A stretch of 61,702 bases of DNA, filler included, from Squatina squatina (GCA_031763465.1; 3 parts of 3 records of this genome joined end to end with filler, not necessarily neighbours in it); one strand, 5' to 3'; counted from the whole stretch's first letter, positions 1 to 12,250 are shown. Translations and numbers: made by a program. Notes: generated by a model from the sequence alone, not told the origin.

Positions 1-243
1 GTAAATCCATGCTGACTTTGACCGATCCTGTCACTGCTTTCCAAATGCTCTGCTATTACATCTTTAATAATGGACTCCAGCATTTTCCCCACTAGCGATG
101 TCAGGCTAACCGGTCTATAATTCCCTGTTTTCTCTCTCCCTCCTTTCTTAAATAGAGGGGTTACATTAGCTACCCTCCAATCTATAGGAACTGATCCAGA
201 GTCGAAAGAATGTTGGAAAATGACCACCAATGCATCCACTATT
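1..243 (-). mobile_element. CR1 LINE ORF2 (reverse transcriptase, N-terminal part) fragment
   Basis: Minus strand translates without stops as IVDALVVIFQHSFDSGSVPIDWRVANVTPLFKKGGREKTGNYRPVSLTSLVGKMLESIIKD...SQHGF, containing the CR1 NYRPVSLTS and QHGF motifs. Confidence 0.9.
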
Positions 244-972
244 AAAGCATAGTCATCTTTATTATGCAGATAAAGCATGGTAGCCAATCTGCTTCCATAA
301 CAGGATAATACTAAAATCTTAAGAGACACATAGAACTGTCGAGATTTCCAAGCATACCATCAGAATTTGAGTTTAACGTGTACAGTATGACCTTCTAACC
401 ACTGGGTTAATCTTCACAACATACTGGTTCAAAATCGAGATTGCTTTGGGGCTAGATCTCAGCAGCTTCCAGCAGACCTTGGCATGTTTTCTGGTTTCCC
501 TGTGTGGCTCTCTACACAAGCAGCACTGGCCTAGGCGCATTCCCCACTAACGTTACATCACTGACCGCGTTTGATTAAAATCTGCACCGCAACAGGCTGA
601 AGAGGAACCCGGATTGACATTAAAGTCCCGCTGCAGTGGACTGCAAAGCCAGCCCGGGGCTTTTGCTGCAATAAAACATCAGAATGCTTGGCTCAAACAG
701 AAAAAAAAACCTGAAGTGCTTGAGTCAGGTTCTATCTAGTACACATTCTCGTATAAAAACGAACTGCCAGTCGCAGAGACTGAAACTTAATGAGATATTA
801 CACTATTATCAAATAATTTGAACATATCATTACCTGGGAGCTACAGTTTATGAAGGTCATTTACAGCTTTAANNNNNNNNNNNNNNNNNNNNNNNNNNNN
901 NNNNNNNNNNNNNNNNNNNNNNNNNNNNNNNNNNNNNNNNNNNNNNNNNNNNNNNNNNNNNNNNNNNNNNNN

Positions 973-1228
973 GCAATGTGATAATGATCAGAAGATCTGC
1001 TTTTGTTATGTTTCTTGAGGGATAAATACTGGCCAGGACACCGGGGATAACTCCCCTGCTCTTCTTCGAAATAATGCCATGGGATCTTTTATGTCCACAT
1101 GAGAGAGCAGAGAGCAGACGGGGCCTCAGTTTAACATCTCATCCGAAAGATGGAACCTCTGACAGTGCAGCACTCCCACCACCTTCAGACTCAGGCGAGT
1201 GTGCTACCCACTGAGCCACGGCTGACAC
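973..1228 (-). mobile_element. DeuSINE (SacSINE1/AmnSINE1-like) copy
   Basis: Reverse complement of a tRNA-like head (gtgtcagccgtggctcagtgggtagcac) plus the Deu core (gatcccatggca...gaagaagagcaggggag). Several related copies occur in the window. Confidence 0.8.
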
Positions 1229-2389
1229 TATGCCTGAGACAGATACTGTACTGAGAGGCTAGTTTGTATGTTGAAGCAAAAGATTTGTATTGCTTTGCTG
1301 GCGTATTGATTTTAGGTGTTTGTGTGACCTCCAGGAGCCCACTGTGCATATAGGATGAACACCGACCCAACTGAATGGCTGGGGTTGGGGCAGATCAATA
1401 GGGGCAGGTGGAAGTCCCACCCTGTCAGTACTTTGCCCTGAAGGGAAGAATCCTGGTAATTCTTTCATCTGAGCTTCCTGCTTTTGGAAAAGTGATCGTC
1501 CCCTTTAAGCAGCTGAAGCTTTTCAAAAGGTGCAACAGCACTTTATTTCCTCCCTCCCAGCACAGCAAAATAGTGAGGAACAGTATTATCACTCCTAACT
1601 CACCCTGCATGGATAATGAGGGCTTCAAGAGGAAAGTTCAGTGGGTTAGCAGTGAAGTCACGTGAGCAGGTGGAAGTGGCACCCTGCCACTAACCTGCCT
1701 ACAAGAGGAGAATCCAGCCCTTCATGTCAGCATTGTATGAAACAAATTCTCTTCTGTCAAGCCTCCACAAGTAATCTCGGCGAACCAGTAATCTCAGTAA
1801 CATTTTGTAATACTGCACAAAGGGTTTAAGGAACGCCACTTTCAAGGCCCCAAACAAACATAATATGGCCCTGCAGCAGTGGAAATAAGCCTTTGTGTGA
1901 GTCTGTCTTTACAATCTGGGACACTTAATTATATCAAAGTATCTACAGTACTAATAGGTAGAAATATCATTGTTTATGTGATATAGAAAAGAATTCTTGC
2001 AATAAATCATGATACTGGCAGAAAATTATAATAATTTGCAGTTAAACTACTACTTGTATAAGCTACCAAGGAAAGGACATCATATAAGATAACGGTCTTT
2101 TAACTAAGGAAGAAAGCACTGATGTGTGAAGACACAAACATGGAGCTTGACCTTTAGGACTTGAGTCATATAATTGCACTTAAAAAAGTGCAGTCTTCCT
2201 TCAGCACGGTTTAATAAATAGCTGTAGTTTTCCATGATTAGGCATTGAAGTAATTTTCCATATGTGTGTCAACATATTTTATCAAATACTTACGTAGTTT
2301 GCATCATTATCTGTCAGAATAACTGTACATCATTTATCAGTTATAGTTAAGTTCTTACCTAGTATCTTATTTTATCTTTCCATGATTAA

Positions 2390-2700
2390 AGAAATACTTA
2401 CATTTATATAATGCCTTTCACAACCACCGGATATCTCAAAGTGCTTTTCAGCCAATGGAGCACTTTTGGAGTGTAGTCACTGTTGTGGGAAATGCAGCAG
2501 CCAATTTGCACACAGCAACTCCCACAAACAGCAATGTGATAATAACCAGATAATCTGTTTTTGTTATGTTGATTGAGGGATAAATGTTGGCCAGGACACC
2601 AGGGGTAACTCCCCTGCTCTTCCTCAACATAGTGCCATGGGATCGTTTAAGTCCACCTGAGAGAGTAGACGGAGCCTTAGTTTAACGTCTTATCTGAAAC
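2390..2700 (-). mobile_element. DeuSINE copy (core plus 3' tail)
   Basis: Same core as 973-1228, plus a tail resembling aaggcgctatataaatgcaagt on the minus strand. Confidence 0.8.
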
Positions 2701-3399
2701 GTCACTATCACCGTACGCCGCCGAGAATAGCGCCGTGCTGGGCCACAGAGGTGTCTCCTGTGGGTGCCTCTGCAAAACGGGCCCTGAATGTCCCACTAGA
2801 TGGGACTAACGTTAAAAACTTTTTTAAAAACCTTAGTGCCCCGGTAGTGAGATTGGGGCACTAAGAGTCCATGAATTTCGGCCCCTTCATGCCTGTTTTT
2901 GGTGAGTACTTTGAGCAGTCAATGAAAAAAAATAGGGCGGATAGACCTAATGCCAGACCCCACCATGAAAACTTATGATCGCATTTTCCTCCAGCCCCAT
3001 TGGGGAAGGCACCTTCATCCGATGCGTCCTTGCCCTGCTACACGTAAATTATGGCACGTGGACAGGGCTTCATCCAGGGCCCCATTTTCCTCTCTTGTCA
3101 CCTAGTGGCCACTGGCAGGAATCAATGCACAAGGCGCTGGGTCCTCCTTTTCATGGGCGAATAGCTTTCCAAACCTTAAGGTCACAGGTCTTGGAAAGTA
3201 TTTTTTTAGTGGAGCTGAATTTGCAATCGGAGGCTTCCTGCGTGCGGATGCCTCCAATCACAAATATCTCTACGAACTTACCTGAGGGTCCGGGAACCTT
3301 GTTGTCTTCTGCCTCCATAGTTGGGCATGTGCAGCGGGCCTCTCCTCTTTCATTTCTAAGTTCTTCGGAGAGATTGGAGAGGTCATGTGGGAGGCCCCA

Positions 3400-3960
3400 G
3401 CCTATCAGGAAGGAGTATCTCCCATTCATGCTATGTTCCATATATGGCAGATTTGTAAAGGTATGAATGGGAGATACTAATCTGCACAGGCACATCAAAA
3501 AATGTTTTAAAAACTATTGTAACATTAAAATTTAATAAAATTGAGCTAAATAATACCAAAAAATGTATTTTTGAATTTTTGAAAAATCTTCTAAAATATT
3601 TTAAAACATAATTACATTCATGGGAATGGTTTTTAAGTAATGTACCATTAACTTCTTTGATTTTTGCATTTTTTAAAACTCTTAGGCTGGTAAAACCAAG
3701 CCTGTATGCTTGGTTTTACCATGCATAAAAAATTAAAGCGATTTCCATGGGTAAGAGTTAAATATGACAACTCTCCACTCTCGAAGCCTCTTTTGCATCA
3801 GAAGCGGATGATCTGTCAAGACAAACCTTGACAGATCGCAAGTTCCGAATCTGTGGGCATGCGCAGTGCAGCCCGAGATTCAGAACTTGTGGGGTCCCTA
3901 CAGGTGCGTGCGAACATCGTACTCATCCGGAGGGACCCGATGGCATCGAAAATTCAGCCC
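3400..3960. mobile_element. Hairpin-rich non-autonomous element (MITE-like); left boundary uncertain
   Basis: Homologous to 61141-61677, with several internal inverted repeats and a TIR-like end (gaaaattcagccc). Confidence 0.6.
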
Positions 3961-4804
3961 CATTAATGTATTCAACTCCACAAGTGGCTGTGGTGGGAAT
4001 TGAACCCATGAACTTTGCGTTGCTCGTCCATTACTGTAACGGCAGCAATACTGTACTTGTTAGCGAGCGATAAGAATCTTTCACAGAAGTGCATATTAAA
4101 GCAAAGCTCTACTTAAAGTGTGCTGTTTCATTCCTATTGCCTCTCACTACCCTGTGTGGCAGTTCTGGTCCATTTTAGCACCTTTGGTATGCCCAGGTAC
4201 AACATAGTCCCAGTGTTGCTTTAACTGTCAAACAATATTATCCTGCATTAGCCTACATTTTGGTGAAAAATATAAGGCTGAATAAAAATAAAGATTTTTT
4301 TTTGAAAAATTAAGAGAGTTCTCTTACTCCATTCCTTATGCAACCAGGCTGTTTAACAAACCCACTTCCAACTCTGCATTCCTCATGGGTTCATCAGCTC
4401 CGCAGACCTTGTGATCAATCCAAATTGATGAAAAATTAATCCCTTCGAGCTATGTTCATTTCATTTTGAAGAAGAAGTTGAACTGAGCAGTTTGAGTGAA
4501 ATGCTCAATTTGAAAATGAATCTTAATAATCAGAAATTTCACATCTATTGATTTCGGGCCCTAATTCCCTGAGCGTGCCTATTATGTGTTGTTAACTGAT
4601 TTTCTATTANNNNNNNNNNNNNNNNNNNNNNNNNNNNNNNNNNNNNNNNNNNNNNNNNNNNNNNNNNNNNNNNNNNNNNNNNNNNNNNNNNNNNNNNNNN
4701 NNNNNNNNNTGAAATTAAAAACTTAACTGATAAATATGACTATAAATAATCATAGAATAAAGATTGTAACTAATTCAATAAATAACCCAAGATTAGGCTA
4801 AGTC

Positions 4805-5274
4805 ATGGCTGAGCAGGTTGTGGGTCTGGACTGCACTATGTTGGAGTTTGCGGACAGCGAGACTGTCCCGAGCAAATACATCTGCAGTAGATGTCTCTGT
4901 CTCGAATCTCTCTGGCTCAGAATCATTGAGCTGGAACGCGAGTTGGAGACACTTCGACATGTAAGGTAGGAGGAGTATCTGGACCATTTGTTCCAGACTT
5001 CGATCAAACCTCGTAAGAGGGGTGCAGGTTCAGAATGGGGTTGATGTGACTGATAGTGTGCAGAGTAAAGGGAACCCAGGTAAGAAAGAACGAGGATTCA
5101 CAGAAACTGATCCGATCCATGTGAGGATAAGGATAAAGACTGTCGGAAGGACAGGTGGAATACAGACCCAGGCACTTTGGATCAGGAGGCTGTCCTAAGG
5201 GAGGAGGAGGATAGAAAGTGTAATGTGGTAGTTGTAGGGGATTCAATAATTAGCGGGGACAGATAGCATCCTTT
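4805..5274 (+). mobile_element. Decayed CR1 ORF1 (zinc finger/leucine zipper plus SGNH esterase)
   Basis: Translates as MAEQVVGLDCTMLEFADSETVPSKYICSRCLCLESLWLRIIELERELETLRHVR*, followed by VVVVGDSII (GDSL-type motif) near 5225. Contains stops and frameshifts. Confidence 0.7.
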
Positions 5275-6099
5275 NNNNNNNNNNNNNNNNNNNNNNNNNN
5301 NNNNNNNNNNNNNNNNNNNNNNNNNNNNNNNNNNNNNNNNNNNNNNNNNNNNNNNNNNNNNNNNNNNNNNNNNNGATTGTGTGTCCTGTTTCTCATGTAC
5401 ACCAATTAAATACAAGACTTTTTAATATTGTTCAGAATAACAGCATGGGTGGGAGCTGATGCCTACTCAAACATATTAAATGCTGAAGGTAATTTTTAGC
5501 AGCAACTAAAATGTCCCTGCTATATGCACTACATTTTAATGGAGATTTTTGACAAGTAAATATAAATAAAGATGCCTAGCAGTCGCCTTAGTATTAAAAT
5601 ACATATACACCGTTGGCGAAAAGATAGTTTCTGCACTTAATTGACACGTCATTGGTCAAAAGCGCTAATGTCTCAGTTGAAGAATATTCTAAGTATTTTA
5701 TATATTTTTCCTTAAAACTGGCAAGTCACAAAGATATTCATCTCTAGCTGGAAGAATGGACATAAACTCTGAGAACACTGCTGTATCCTACACTAATTTT
5801 GAATTTTGTTTATACATGATTGATAAAGTCAGAGGGTGGCTTTAAAAAAAAACAGGTAGCCCAGTTATCAATTTTACTGTGTGCATACAATGTGTTACTG
5901 GCGACCATGTTGCTATCTGGTAGGCCTGTCACCAACCTTATCTTCTGGAATATTTATTTTATTAGCAAGTTACTCTGGTCGTGGCCTCTTGTTTTGCAGT
6001 CAATATCTGTATAATTTGTAATTTTAAATGTGGCAGGACAAAAAAAACTAAACACTAACGTTAAGTCATGTGGCTCTCCTGCTGTATATTTTAAGGTTT

Positions 6100-6426
6100 A
6101 AAATTCGATGACGAGGTCCGGAATGGCGTGCCATCTCGCCCCTCCTCCCTCGCTCCCTCGAGCTGGTGGTGTTGCCTGGCCGGTCGGGTGTCGACAATCT
6201 GGCGTAATGCATCTGTGCTGCGAAAGGCTGTGGGTCCCGCCTGAGCGCGAGCCCGAGCTGACCGAGCCAGCCAGCCAGCGCGCGCGCAGCCTGGCTGAAA
6301 TCCCCGGGCCGAGCAGTGGGCGCGTGTGCACGAATCCAGGCTCTGCTCACATGTTCCCATGGAGACGGTTACTACCTGTCTGCGCGCCGACCTACGCCGC
6401 ATAATCAACCTGTTAGTTCCCCGATG
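6100..6426. promoter_or_regulatory. CpG island, candidate NOL4 5' regulatory region, with RFX X-box-like motif at 6353-6366
   Basis: Abrupt GC/CpG-rich stretch in an AT-rich background, upstream of the first visible NOL4 exon. Contains GTTCCCATGGAGAC. Truncated by a gap. Confidence 0.5.
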
Positions 6427-8593
6427 NNNNNNNNNNNNNNNNNNNNNNNNNNNNNNNNNNNNNNNNNNNNNNNNNNNNNNNNNNNNNNNNNNNNNNNNNN
6501 NNNNNNNNNNNNNNNNNNNNNNNNNNNNNNNNNNNNNNNNNNNNNNNNNNNNNNNNNNNNNNNNNNNNNNNNNNNNNNNNNNNNNNNNNNNNNNNNNNNN
6601 NNNNNNNNNNNNNNNNNNNNNNNNNNNNNNNNNNNNNNNNNNNNNNNNNNNNNNNNNNNNNNNNNNNNNNNNNNNNNNNNNNNNNNNNNNNNNNNNNNNN
6701 NNNNNNNNNNNNNNNNNNNNNNNNNNNNNNNNNNNNNNNNNNNNNNNNNNNNNNNNNNNNNNNNNNNNNNNNNNNNNNNNNNNNNNNNNNNNNNNNNNNN
6801 NNNNNNNNNNNNNNNNNNNNACCCCCCTTCCCCCCCCCCCCCCCCCAGCAACTTAGAAAGGATGATTTGGTTGTTAGTACGACGTTGAAACAGAATTGCG
6901 CAGTGTATATTTGCTGTGCGGACAAGCTGGCTACAGCGATTGTCAGAAGGCCACTTATTGCCGTAAAATTTCTCGTGAAACTGAAATCGTGTAGATTTGC
7001 TGGAATTTTATGTTGAAATACATCGCTGGTGTTGCCATTAGAATCATTTTAAGTTGGTGTGACAGAAAAATAAAATTCAATATTTTCCAGATACAATGCT
7101 AATTGCCACAGGTGTGAATCGTACGAGGTTAACGAGCTTACATTCCCATCTGTTTTTCATGCCCAAGATTTTGAGCCCTCGGGGATAATAACATGCACTC
7201 CTTCTAATTTGTCCTCTGACAGGTGTTTCATTCAGTGTCGTATTAAATACACTATTGATTTTCCTTTCTTGATGTTGAGGATCTGTTGGGTAAATCCTAT
7301 CCACAATTACACTGCCACTTCTTAAGAAGTTGGTACCTGAGACATAGGTCCTGGAATCAGATAGTTGAGTACCCAGTGAAATGTGAGCCCTCAATACATC
7401 TAAACTATTTTGGTACCAAATTTAAAACATACGTTATGATGAACAGGCTTGTGTTGAGATATCTATCACCATGCTTTAAATTTCTTCAATCCCACCTCTG
7501 TTTTGGATTCAGCTAGCAGTGGCGCCTCCTTTGACAGAACCCGATGGGATTAAACAATGCTGCATTTGAGCTTTGAAATGCCATCAACGGCAGTTGGATG
7601 TTGGGCTATACACCTTTCATTGAAGACAACACGCCTCACTGAGTCTTTGAAAAACCGGCCATAAAAATGTCTTTATTTTAATTTAAAATGCAATAATTTC
7701 ACACTTACCTGATACTGAAAAATCACATGCCCGAAACTCTAAAGGAGTACCCAAACATTACAACGTGGTGATAAAAGGTAGTATTTTTAAAAAGTTTTTT
7801 GTAAAACATTTTCAGATGCCGTAATATAGTTTTTGTAAAGAGCTGTGACCTGCTAAAAATTAAATAAACCACTAATGAGGCTTATAAACCAACTGTCAAT
7901 CTATATTGGTTTATGTTTGAAAAAACTAGCAACTCATGATCTCTATTCCAAATCTCATGATTTTAAAGAGTATGGGTGGCCAATTGGCACTCTGGTGCTA
8001 GCGTTAATTGGGCGCAGAACAGATGTTAGGGATCTAACACCTGATTGTGGCAGTAAAATGGAATTTGACCAATTGNNNNNNNNNNNNNNNNNNNNNNNNN
8101 NNNNNNNNNNNNNNNNNNNNNNNNNNNNNNNNNNNNNNNNNNNNNNNNNNNNNNNNNNNNNNNNNNNNNNNNNNNGTGATTCAGAAAGCACTGAAGTCTA
8201 GATGTAAAAAATAGTAACGAAATATAAGTTACCATTGATATTGCATTGTTTGTAAGCTTTTTAAAAAAAAACTTGGGTGTCTTCTTGACATTGACCAGAC
8301 CTGTGCAAAAATGGAAATGGAACCTTTCCCAAAATTTGTTTTTTTTTCCTTATTTATAAATGAACTATAGTGTCTATATGGATAGGAAGATTGTTACATA
8401 CCTTTGTTAACAAATTAGCTTTGTTCTACCTTTTATGTAATAAAGAAATGGTAGAAACATACCTGCATAGCAGAAGTTCATTTCTAGTGAGCTCCTGTTT
8501 TAGAATATAAACTTTAAATTATATTTGGATGATTGAGGATGGTAATCTGCCTTCACAACATATTTTTCTATTACATTTTGTGATTAACTTTAG

Positions 8594-8705
8594 ATTTCAG
8601 AGACCTATGCCTTTTTACCACGAGAAGCGGTGACCAGATTTCTAATGAGCTGCTCCGAATGCCAGAAGAGAATGCATTTGAATCCAGATGGTGCAGATCA
8701 TAAAG
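8594..8705 (+). CDS. NOL4: Nucleolar protein 4, internal exon (about exon 3)
   Basis: tttag|...|gtaat splice sites. Translates as ISETYAFLPREAVTRFLMSCSECQKRMHLNPDGADHK, near-identical to NOL4. 112 bp, ends in phase 1. Confidence 0.95.
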
Positions 8706-10286
8706 GTAATAATTTTTTGGTATTTGATTCAATATGGATTAATTTTAAAATGGAAGGTTTAATTTAAAAACAGTTTCGTTGAAACACTTTGGGTCCAGGT
8801 TAATCTAGAAAAGCACATTAATTTCTACTAATCAGATTTTCTTAGTCTGGATGTTTTGTGCTTTTAGTAAAAGTCGATAATTAATTCAAAAATTCAGAAT
8901 GGACTGTGCTTCCTGTTGAAACTAGCCATTTTACAGTAGTATAAACCCAATAGAATAGTTAAAAGGTAATCAATTGTTAAAGAAAGTAATAGTAAAGCAC
9001 TTGAGTGGTACCAGTGAAACTGCATGTTCTTTTTAAATCTTTGTTAGTGATTTAAAAAAAAATGAAATACAAGCTGAATAATTAAAATATAAAATCACTC
9101 TATTATGTTTGTAGTGAATGAACATGGTGCTACTTTTCTTTACAAACATCAACATTAAGGATTTAATTTTTCTTCTTCCCCACTGCCCCCATCATATCTG
9201 CAAAGGTGGGTTTAGACTTGCCATTAATCTGCATTATATACACTGTGTTGCTTTAATGCTCTAATAGCCTGGGAGTGGGTGCATGTATTTTTAGTAGGTA
9301 TTTTGAGTATTGCTCATGCAAGGACTAGATGTGTGTAACTTCCTTTTAAGGTAATAGACCATATTTACCCATGCAAATAGGATATTGGTAGGATTCCTGA
9401 GTGAGAAAACAAATTACCTGGTAGCATTGTCCCTTTAAGAGATTTATGCCATGGCACTACCTTTTCAGTCTGGTGATCTCTCCTTGTTTGCTGCAGATAA
9501 GGCTTCATGCCAAGCCTTGTTTGTTTTTCTGCTGTCATTCATAGTAATATTGACTGTGACCACCAGAGTAAGTTTCCACTGTCATTTATTTCCCCCCATA
9601 CAACAGTTTAGAAAGTCTGAAAAATGTTTAAAGATAATTTTTGACTTTTCTTAAAGACTGGAAGAATTTCCACCCTCCCCCACCTCCCGAACTAGCCACT
9701 AAACTTCAAGGGCCCCCAATTGGTTTGCACTGCATTTGAAACTTAGGCACCCGAATAACAGTCATATTTAAACCGATTTGCACTGGTAACTTGTGCCGGG
9801 GAATTGGTCTGATTGAAATTTTTTTCAGGCGTGGTCCAGATCCAGTTCAAATGCAGTGTAAGTTGTAGCTGGACTAGCCTACTTAGGGAGAAAGAGGTTT
9901 CATGAGACCCATTCCTTGAACTAGCTGATCACAGTCACTCAGTTTCAAGCCCAGCTCAGCCCTTGAAGGGGATGTTTGCTGCTAGAAAATCAGTGGACAT
10001 TTGTGACAGGTTGGTGCAGAGAGCTCTCTGCAGCTTCCTTTATAGGTGCCAAGAACGGCTGGTGGTGCAAGAGGGGTTATGGTTCAGAACTTTGTGTACA
10101 CCGCAGTGGACACACTGGTGGCTGCAATGGAGAGGAGGGCCACTATAATTGTTCTACCAGCTGGAAGAAGAGCNNNNNNNNNNNNNNNNNNNNNNNNNNN
10201 NNNNNNNNNNNNNNNNNNNNNNNNNNNNNNNNNNNNNNNNNNNNNNNNNNNNNNNNNNNNNNNNNNNNNNNNNTTTTCTCTTCTGG

Positions 10287-10412
10287 TGTGTCAGCTGTGG
10301 CTCAGTTGGTAGCACCCCTGCCTCTTGAGTCACAAGTCCCACTCCAGGCTTCTGTTAAGCTCTTTGGGGTGTTTGATGGTCATGAAAGGCACTATATAAA
10401 TGCAAGTCTTTA
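10287..10412 (+). mobile_element. Internally deleted DeuSINE (head joined to tail)
   Basis: Head gtgtcagctgtggctcagttggtagcac...aagtcccactccag is followed almost immediately by tail aaggcactatataaatgcaagtcttt. Confidence 0.7.
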
Positions 10413-10560
10413 TTTGTTTCTTTTTATGGCCCCATGCCAATCTTTTCATTTATTGGTAGCAGTAGCCTCCATAGCTATTGTAACATTTTTTAAAAAAGCA
10501 AAATGGATCCAATATGATATACATGTGAATTTATTTTTCCTTTTTTTTTTCCCCCCCCAG

Positions 10561-10673
10561 AAAATGAAAAACCAGCTTCTTTGGTGACCGGTATGATAGA
10601 TTATAATATGCCTATTACAATGGCCTACATGAAGCACATGAAGCTGCAGTTACTGAGCTCTCATCAAGATGAG
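10561..10673 (+). CDS. NOL4: NOL4 internal exon (about exon 4)
   Basis: Polypyrimidine-cag|...|gtatat. Translates as (E)NEKPASLVTGMIDYNMPITMAYMKHMKLQLLSSHQDE. Phase is compatible with the previous exon. Confidence 0.95.
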
Positions 10674-12111
10674 GTATATCACTTATTAAAAGAACAAACA
10701 TCTGAATTACAAAAAAAAATTATTTGTAACCATATAGGGTTAAACTGAGGAAATGCAATTTTTTTTTGGTTGAAATTATTAGANNNNNNNNNNNNNNNNN
10801 NNNNNNNNNNNNNNNNNNNNNNNNNNNNNNNNNNNNNNNNNNNNNNNNNNNNNNNNNNNNNNNNNNNNNNNNNNNNNNNNNNNTATTTCTTTTAAAAACT
10901 ACCATCCCTGCGTCATCTACATCTTTAAGTCACTATTTGGTTGCATTTTTTGACATCCAAGGTCAATAATGTGAGGGTGAATGTGTGGTTGGTGACATGC
11001 CAGCATTGGGTGACACATGGTACAAATCATTTTGCTGTGTAATTTCTTTTGTAAACCATTTTGTACTGTAAAGTTTCTAATCCAGAGGATTTGATGGTAG
11101 AATTAGAGCAATTGACAAAGTGTAAAATATATTGATTTGCTGACATTGAGTTGCCTGATTTTGAAATTACTTTGCACAACGCTACTGTGGTGCTAAAATG
11201 GCTAACATATAAGTGATATCTGGGTAATTATTAACTCTTTCTGGCTAACAATTGAGCCTGCTGCGGCGGTACCAGTGGTTATTATTGCAAGACGCCTTTT
11301 TCCTGGTTGTTGCTTCAGTGTCCTGCTCCTTCACTTGGAGGAGGTTAGCGTCACCAAGCCGTGATGTCACCGGCGCTCCCCTCCCCCGTGCCTGTCACCC
11401 TCACACAGATGCAGTGAAAGTGAATACAGTGTATCTTTTATCTGTAACCAGCCTTTACCCTTTCAGGATTGTTACAATGCATTATTCGGAAACGACGTCC
11501 TTCTGCATGAAGTAAGATGCATGTTTTGAGTATATCGCTGAATTCGCTTCTTTGCGATTTGAAGATTTTTTTCGAGTGAAACGAGAAGCAGGGGTGTATT
11601 GGACATGAGTCCAGGTAAAGGGTGGGGGTGGGGGGGCCGGCGGGGTTTGGGTGNNNNNNNNNNNNNNNNNNNNNNNNNNNNNNNNNNNNNNNNNNNNNNN
11701 NNNNNNNNNNNNNNNNNNNNNNNNNNNNNNNNNNNNNNNNNNNNNNNNNNNNNCCGTTTCCTGGTGCAATGGCACAAGAATTTTAGGGTCAAGCTGTTAT
11801 TGGGTCAAGATATCTTATAGAATATTTTATTAAAGGTTATTAGTGCTCTTGATCAACATATCTGCTAAGGCTTTGATTGGAAATGCATTATTGATGAGAT
11901 GGTGAGGTATTGATTGCCTGGTCAGTTTCTCACTTTTTGAGGTAAAAGCAAGTATTCTGAAGTCAAACAGCTAATTAAAAATGAAAAGGAGGAAAATTCT
12001 GAATTAACAATAAGAGTTATTAATTTGTATCTTAAAATGGTTTTAAACTGAGGGAGAAACTCCTGAAGTAAATCTTACAGTACTGCAAATGATTTACTTT
12101 TGTTTCAGCAG

Positions 12112-12250
12112 GATGAACAATCATTGAGCAGTGAAGAGTTTGAACTCAGTGACTCCACATGGATGTCAGTCGATCGCATGAACTCTGACCAAAGCTCTAC
12201 CCTGGAAGAGAGAATGCATAGTCCACAGAACCTCGACAGTCATCAGGATG
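12112..12250 (+). CDS. NOL4: NOL4 internal exon (about exon 5); alternative NAGNAG start at 12109
   Basis: tttcagcag|...|gttagt. Translates as DEQSLSSEEFELSDSTWMSVDRMNSDQSSTLEERMHSPQNLDSHQD. Confidence 0.92.

Noticed and set aside
2975-3498. 163-aa and 115-aa ORFs
   Set aside because: No recognisable motifs or exon structure; they lie in repeat-like sequence between MITE ends.
6359-6426. METVTTCLRADLRRIINLL as NOL4 exon 1
   Set aside because: Does not match the NOL4 N-terminus (MESERDMYRQFQDWCLRTYGD); similarity is superficial.
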